Source: Gekko japonicus | Lineage: Eukaryota | DNA: 64,000 nucleotides | Reading direction: 5' to 3' | Assembly: GCF_001447785.1 (NCBI RefSeq) | Contig: NW_015165831.1 | Location: forward strand, 1,426,064-1,490,063 | Part shown: one piece after another, positions 58,701-64,000 of the stretch | Numbering within the stretch: the first letter of the stretch is position 1 | Layout: every line of letters starts with the position of its first letter | Made by a program: the position numbers and the translations under genes | The notes under the pieces: generated by a model | What the model saw: only the letters and a program-made list of their open reading frames with translations | Database searches by the model: none | Told to the model about the DNA's origin: nothing

Positions 58701-61188
58701 CTTTTAAAGAAGTTAAGCCCTAGCAGCAGCCCACCACATCCTACCCCACCCCAGACTATACGACGGCAGGAGGGCTCAGGAGTACAAGTCCTTTCCTTAC
58801 CTGTGGCAGAAATGAACTTGTTGTAATTCTCATAGACCAGCGTCTGCATATCGCTGTCCAGGGCTCGGATCTGCTTCACCATGTCAGTCTCGCAGTCCAT
58901 CAGCTGAGCCAGGGGGCACTCCTTCCGCAGCTGGCGCACAGAACAGACGAGTAAGCAGCAGACCCCACTTGGCCCTACATCCTTTGCTCCTTAATTATGA
59001 GGTCCCCTTGTAGGTCAAGCAAATGTTTATCTCATTACAGGTTCTCAGTTTGCTTGGGGGTCCAGACCTTTGCCCAAGTCCCGGGAGAGCCCATATATAT
59101 GGAGCTGCCTTATACTGAATAAGAGCATTGATTGGACATCAAGGTCAGTATTGGCAATCCAGACTAGCAGCAGCTCTCCAGGGTCTTGGGCAGAGGTCTT
59201 TCACATCAGCTGCTGCCTGGTCCTTTTAATGGGAGATGCTGGGGATTGAACCTGGGGCCTTCTAAACACCAAGCAGATGCTTTACCACTGAGCCATGGCT
59301 TCCTCCCTGAGTGGGAGGCCCCAGGCTCAATGGAGAAAAAGAACTCAAGCAACAGACTAGAAAGATCCCTCTCTCTTTTGCCTGTGATCCTAGAGAGCTG
59401 CAGCCTCTCTAAGTAGATTGTACAGACAACTGGTGAACTCTCTCAGTACTATTTCATATGTGATTTGTCCACTGCAAGTAAAACATAATAAACTGAACAC
59501 ATGAAGCTAACTTATACTGAAGCTAACTTATACTGGTCCATCAAAGGCAATGTTGTCTAGTCAGACTAGCAGTGGCTCTCCAGAGTCTCGGGCAGAGGAG
59601 ATATTAAGGACTGAACCTGGGACCTTCTGCATGCCAAGCAGGTGCCCCACCACTGAGCCACAGCTCCCCTGACTGCTCTTACATATGCTTGCTCTGGTTT
59701 TTTTCCCTCCTGTTTGACTGTATCAATTAAAATCATACTAATTAAGAATGAAGGTAGGTTGTAGAGAAGTTTCAAAGCAACTGTATAGTGATTAACTTCT
59801 TGAAACGTTGGGAGCAAGTTCAGTTTTCTTGCAAAAAGGGGTCCCTAGCTGGCCACTTCAGAATGTGGATTCTATGGCACTATACTCCACTGAAGTCCAT
59901 CCCTTCCCCAGGCAAGCCCTCCTCAGGCTCCACCCCCCAAATCTCCAGGTATTTCCCAAACCAGAGCAGGTAAACCTAGTCCCAACATTTCTCACACAGG
60001 CAGCTATCCTCCTTCCTATTACTCCTTCCCTAACCTCCTTCCCCTAGAATACTATCTACAATCTTTCGAGGTAGGACCTGCATGTCTGTGCTGTCCCTAG
60101 CACCTTCTTGACACTAAATAACTGAATTTCTATAAAGTGAAACAAAGAAACAAACAAATAAATAAATGCTAAATGTTGAGTCTGTGAGAAAGGCAAGCTG
60201 TAAGTTAAGTACATAAATAAACAAAGTGATGGGAAATGAATAGGCTTACTAACTTTGGTACTGTGCTGGGGCTCTGGCATTTCCATCACGACTTTGGGGC
60301 CTTGTACCAAATACTGTTAGCCGCCCTGAGCCTGCTTGCAGGGAGGGTGAGGTACAAGTGTGATAAAATAAAATAAAAAATCTATCATGTTTTTATCCCA
60401 CCCTTATCCCAAGGAGCTCAGGGCAGCATACTCCACTCCTCCATTTTATCCTCTCAACAGTCGCAAGCCTGAGACTGACTACTGGCCCAAAATTATCCTT
60501 TTGAACCCAGTAGTCAACCTCCAAGTTGCATCTGGAGATTTCCCAGAATTACAAGTGATCTCTAGACTACAGGGATCCGTTCCCCTGGAGAAAACAGCTG
60601 CTTTGGTGGGTGGACATTTAACCCACTGAGGTCCCTTCCCCAAACACTGCCTTCCCCAGGCTTCACCTTCCCCAGTAGTTTACGAACCCAGAACTGGCAG
60701 CCTGGAACCCAGGTATCCACAGCCCTACTGTTCCCAACAGCTATACCATATTAACATTCTGCTCATGCTCAGAGGCACATTTCTCTTTTCAGATCATTGG
60801 GGGGGAATTTGATCACTCTAGGCATGCCCAGAGGCATCCAGCTTCAAGCACCAGAATTTTGACAGACAAGCGATGGCAAGGGCCTCCCTCTGTGGGGTCT
60901 GCAAACAGAGACCGAGTCTACAAGACCGGGGGCTTCGCTGAGGGACGGCTGCCACAGAGAGAGGATCACTGCTAAAGGGCGGAGTCCTGAAACCATCACC
61001 TTAGTGAGGAAGACTTCCGGGTCGAAGTGAGGCCCGTTGATGTCCGTGGGGCCCCCGAGGTCCCCTCTAGCCGCGCCCAAGGTCTCTCCCGAGGCTTCCG
61101 GGAGCCCGTAGTAGAGCTTCAGCATCCCGTGCGGCCGACGCTTCCCGCCCGGCGGCTCAGGGCCACGCTCGGCCGGAGAAGCCGCCAT
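46452..61188 (-). CDS. VPS51: GARP/EARP complex subunit VPS51, 10 coding exons, 781 aa
   Basis: Exons 61000-61188, 58801-58930, 57719-57865, 56694-56913, 55449-56202, 54089-54304, 53575-53793, 49927-50048, 49455-49542, 46452-46712. GT-AG with compatible phases, 2346 nt in total. Motifs [69 protein letters not shown]. Minus-strand AATAAA at 46214-46219. Confidence 0.97.
46742..47200 (+). mobile_element. L2 LINE 3' fragment next to the VPS51 exon 10 acceptor
   Basis: [21 protein letters not shown]...[16 protein letters not shown]. Confidence 0.85.
47305..47644 (-). mobile_element. Sauria SINE, near full length, TSD GACTAAAG
   Basis: Reverse complement of the 9294 family; TAAAGGTAAAGG tail; direct repeats at 47302-47309 and 47645-47652. 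Confidence 0.9.
49455..49542 (-). CDS. VPS51: VPS51 coding exon 9
   Basis: [30 protein letters not shown]; AAG acceptor, GTGAGA donor. Confidence 0.95.
49927..50048 (-). CDS. VPS51: VPS51 coding exon 8
   Basis: [40 protein letters not shown]; CAG acceptor, GTGAGT donor. Confidence 0.95.
51001..51295 (-). mobile_element. L1 3' fragment; TSD GCTAGTGCGCTGTTTTTC
   Basis: ORF2-like C-terminus [16 protein letters not shown]...[12 protein letters not shown], poly(A), 18-bp repeats at 50983-51000 and 51296-51313. Confidence 0.85.
52250..52825. mobile_element. Two CR1 3' fragments in inverted orientation (52250-52553 minus, ~52575-52825 plus)
   Basis: Both match the 9605 family and their tails point outward. 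Confidence 0.85.
53575..53793 (-). CDS. VPS51: VPS51 coding exon 7
   Basis: DHSPVTPV...[23 protein letters not shown]...IDVQ; CAG acceptor, GTGGGG donor. Confidence 0.95.
54089..54304 (-). CDS. VPS51: VPS51 coding exon 6
   Basis: [14 protein letters not shown]...[31 protein letters not shown]; TAG acceptor, GTATCC donor. Confidence 0.94.
55449..56202 (-). CDS. VPS51: VPS51 coding exon 5
   Basis: [20 protein letters not shown]...[11 protein letters not shown]; CAG acceptor, GTAAAA donor. Confidence 0.95.
56694..56913 (-). CDS. VPS51: VPS51 coding exon 4
   Basis: [16 protein letters not shown]...KLREKF; TAG acceptor, GTAGGC donor. Confidence 0.95.
57719..57865 (-). CDS. VPS51: VPS51 coding exon 3
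   Basis: [18 protein letters not shown]...EQITKLS; CAG acceptor, GTAGGA donor. Confidence 0.95.
58801..58930 (-). CDS. VPS51: VPS51 coding exon 2
   Basis: [12 protein letters not shown]...[11 protein letters not shown]; CAG acceptor, GTAAGG donor. Confidence 0.95.
61000..61188 (-). CDS. VPS51: VPS51 coding exon 1
   Basis: MAASPAERG...[10 protein letters not shown]...[15 protein letters not shown]; GTGATG donor. Confidence 0.92.
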
Positions 61189-61189
61189 C

Positions 61190-61630
61190 AGACTGGGTGG
61201 CACCCCAACCGCCTGCAATCCGCTCTGCCAACGGCAATAGTAGTAATAACAGAGGGGTGGATGAGGGGCGCAGCACCGATTGCAACTTCCGGAAACGATA
61301 AAGTTTCGTTGGGGAAAAAACACCTTTCGCTGTCAGAATTCACTTCCGGGAACAATAAAGTTTTGCTGTAACACGTTTCTTCTCTATGGAGGAGCCCATA
61401 GGCACCCCAGCTTTACTAAAACACGCCCTGGAATAATACAGGAAACACTTTTGGGAACTCACTTCCGCTAATTATATTTCTATAGCAACCATCCAGCCTC
61501 TGGCCCCAGCCTTTCACTTCCAGCGAAGCAACGCCTTGCCTCCGCATATAGTTATACAAGCAGGGAATGTATTTGCAAAGAGAAGCATTCAGCTGTGTAA
61601 GCGTTCCCCTGACACGGTCCGGCCCTGGGG
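61190..61630. promoter_or_regulatory. VPS51 CpG promoter with ETS/GABP-type motifs, possibly bidirectional with TMEM262
   Basis: ACTTCCGGAA (~61285), CACTTCCGGG (~61341) and CACTTCCGC (~61460) lie between the head-to-head genes. Confidence 0.6.
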
Positions 61631-62366
61631 TTGGCTTAAACCATCTGCCTAGGTCAGCCTCTAGGAACAAATAAACCTTTGTAGAAAGGTTTTAGCAACA
61701 CACCGTTTTTGCATCGTAAATTCTCAGTGGATTACTTGGAGAAAGGTAGAAAAATTATTTTAGAAATTATTAAAGAGTCTTGTGGCATGTTAAAGACTAA
61801 CAAATGCATTTAAGCTCTGTCACATGTGAATTTTTTGTGACAATAAATGTGCTCATTTGTAAGGTGCCACTCAACCATTTGTTATTTCGACTTCAACAGA
61901 CTCACCCAGCTACTCCCCTGGAATTTATAATCCATTCGTGTGGATTTGATGAGTGTCACTATGAGATACTACTAGAGAGTTTGCCAAATGGATTAATACT
62001 GTATTTCAACGCTACCCACTTTGATAAAGTTATACACGAAACGAGATATAATATGCATGGTTTGTTGGTGTTGATGGCATTTGAATTGCTTCCAGTAAAC
62101 TGAATATTGGAAAAAGAAATTTCTAGTCTTTGGAGACTTTTTTGGCATAATATATCATGGGCGTTTGCTTCTTCTCAACCCACCTGGAGGATGGCAAACC
62201 CACCCCTACCCTTCTAGAACCCTTGGGACATTATGACCTCATGATCCCAGAATGCAGCTTTCTCCAAGCCTTTGTAACTAAGCAAGAGCAAAAGCACGCC
62301 AGCTATTGCTTCCTGCTCCTTAGCTTTCTCATTCAAGTGACAGCTGACTACAACAGGGTACAGAGG

Positions 62367-62540
62367 ATGAGCTGGAAGGACCCATTTATAACCATCACAT
62401 TTCCCAGCAAAGTTGTCCTCACTATTGCTTCCATCCTCCTGTTCCTCATTCACACAGGCATCATCATTGGAGACCTGTATCACTTCCTTGGATCCCAGAG
62501 GGTGGATCTAATGAGTTTCCGATATACCATAACTCTGTTG
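62367..62540 (+). CDS. TMEM262: TMEM262 / CatSper auxiliary subunit eta, first coding exon (58 codons); remaining exons not found in the window
   Basis: MSWKDPFITITFPSKVVLTIASILLFLIHTGIIIGDLYHFLGSQRVDLMSFRYTITLL, then a GTAAAC donor. Resembles the mammalian TMEM262 N-terminus as I recall it (W.D....FP...LF..H.GI.I.D..F...D.MSF.YT), and sits divergent to VPS51 as in mammals. Confidence 0.82.
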
Positions 62541-62862
62541 GTAAACTTAATGCCCCTTTGCCTGAGTTGCAGAAGCTTGTGGGGGAGATATTCTCTTTGG
62601 ATTGTGGCCATAGAAATAGACAAGCCCTGGCTGGGGACAGAGACCAACCAGGGACTAGGCTAGGTGAAACCATCAGTCACCCACACAATCACTTTACAAG
62701 GACTAAACAATTAAATTAACTTCAGAATTGCATAAAAGTATCTGATGAAAAATGATTTGAGTCTCCGAAGCTTATTCTTTGAAAAACTTGTTGGTGTCTA
62801 AGGTGCTACTGAACTCAAATCTTGCTAATAAAACTTAGTATGTATCAATTCTATAGTGCTTT

Positions 62863-63166
62863 CCACAGGAAGTGGTGGCGACTACAAGCATGGATGGCTT
62901 CAAAAGGGAATTAGATAAGCATATGGAGCAGAGGCCCATCAGTGGCTATTAGCCACAAGGTATAGATAGGGGCTCTGGGGCAAGTGATGCTCTGTCTTCT
63001 TGGTGCTTGGGGGGGAGGGGTCAACAGTGGGAGGGCTTCTAATGTCCTGGCCCCACTGGTGGACCTCCTGATGGCACTGGTATTTCTGGCCACTGTGTGA
63101 CACAAAGTGTTGGACTGGATGGGCCACTGGCCTGATCCAACATTGGCGTCTCTTATTTTCTTATGT
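62863..63166 (+). mobile_element. CR1 3' fragment (same family as 9605)
   Basis: Near-identical to 9835-10130. Confidence 0.85.
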
Positions 63167-64000
63167 AACATGTATTATCTTGTAACCCTGGTTGTTCTTA
63201 GATGGGAGACTACCAAGGAAGTCCAGAGGCAGGCAATGGCAAACCATCTCTTGCCTTGAAAACCCTTCAGGGGTCACTAAGTCAGCTGTGACTTAATGGC
63301 AAAAAACAAAACTTGTGACTGTAAAGTAGGGCAGTTTTATGCACGAATTGCAGACTTGGGAGGTGCTGAAAGAGTGCCTTGTCTAAGGCTACATACCTAG
63401 TGAGTCTGTGGCAGAAACAGGTTTGAACCAGGGATGTCTTGGGCCTATGGCTCCCTCTTTTAGCCAGTGTACTAAACCAGCTTGATATAGTTTATAAGGC
63501 TCTTCAGAACCCACTGACCAAGTATGTAATGTAGAACTGGAAAACAGCCTAGCAGAGTAGAGAAGAGCTGAATTACAGTGGGTGGGGATCAGAATGAGCA
63601 ATACCTTAACAGCAACCCTAGGATATAGGGAATTGGAAAGGGTTCAAAGTGCTGGGAAGCAGACATTGCCCCCCCCCATCTGTCTACAAGAGTGTAATCA
63701 GCCCCCTGAACTCACTGTGGAGTTGGGGGGAGATAGAGGAACATGGGCACTTCTCAGGCTATTGGGAGAGGGGTGATAGCAGCTTCAGGGGATTTCTAGC
63801 GGTGAATTAGCCTGGTTGGGTGGGCTTGGGCAAGTGATGCTCTGTCTTCACACTGTTCCATAGGCCTCAACCAAATCACATCCCTGGTTGCTCGTTAATG
63901 TAGTGTGCTAGTGTTATTCCTCAAGAGAAAGATAAACTCTGGTAAGCACCCCCAAGACCAGAAGAGACATGATTCTCACTTCTCCTCTTTCCTCCCCCCC

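Overview
Vertebrate genomic DNA from a squamate reptile (Sauria SINEs, BovB, CR1, L2, L1 and RTE-X-like fragments, hAT MITEs; a gecko is plausible but not provable). It has three N-gaps. The window holds the conserved block ZNHIT2(+, intronless) - TM7SF2(-, 10 coding exons, 419 aa) - VPS51(-, 10 coding exons, 781 aa) - TMEM262/CATSPERH(+, first coding exon only), in the same order and orientation as human 11q13. Unlike mammals, where VPS51 and TM7SF2 are directly adjacent, the ~24 kb between them here contains an intact 640-codon gene for a TLR5 ectodomain that stops right after the LRR-CT cap, with no TM or TIR domain and its own poly(A) signal: a candidate secreted flagellin sensor (soluble TLR5). 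The same interval has a near-intact BovB LINE, fused inside one target-site duplication to a Sauria SINE fragment and carrying a strongly structured 5' leader (kink-turn plus possible pseudoknot), and a frameshifted SNRPF processed pseudogene. All gene and repeat names come from recognising the sequence from memory, not from database searches.
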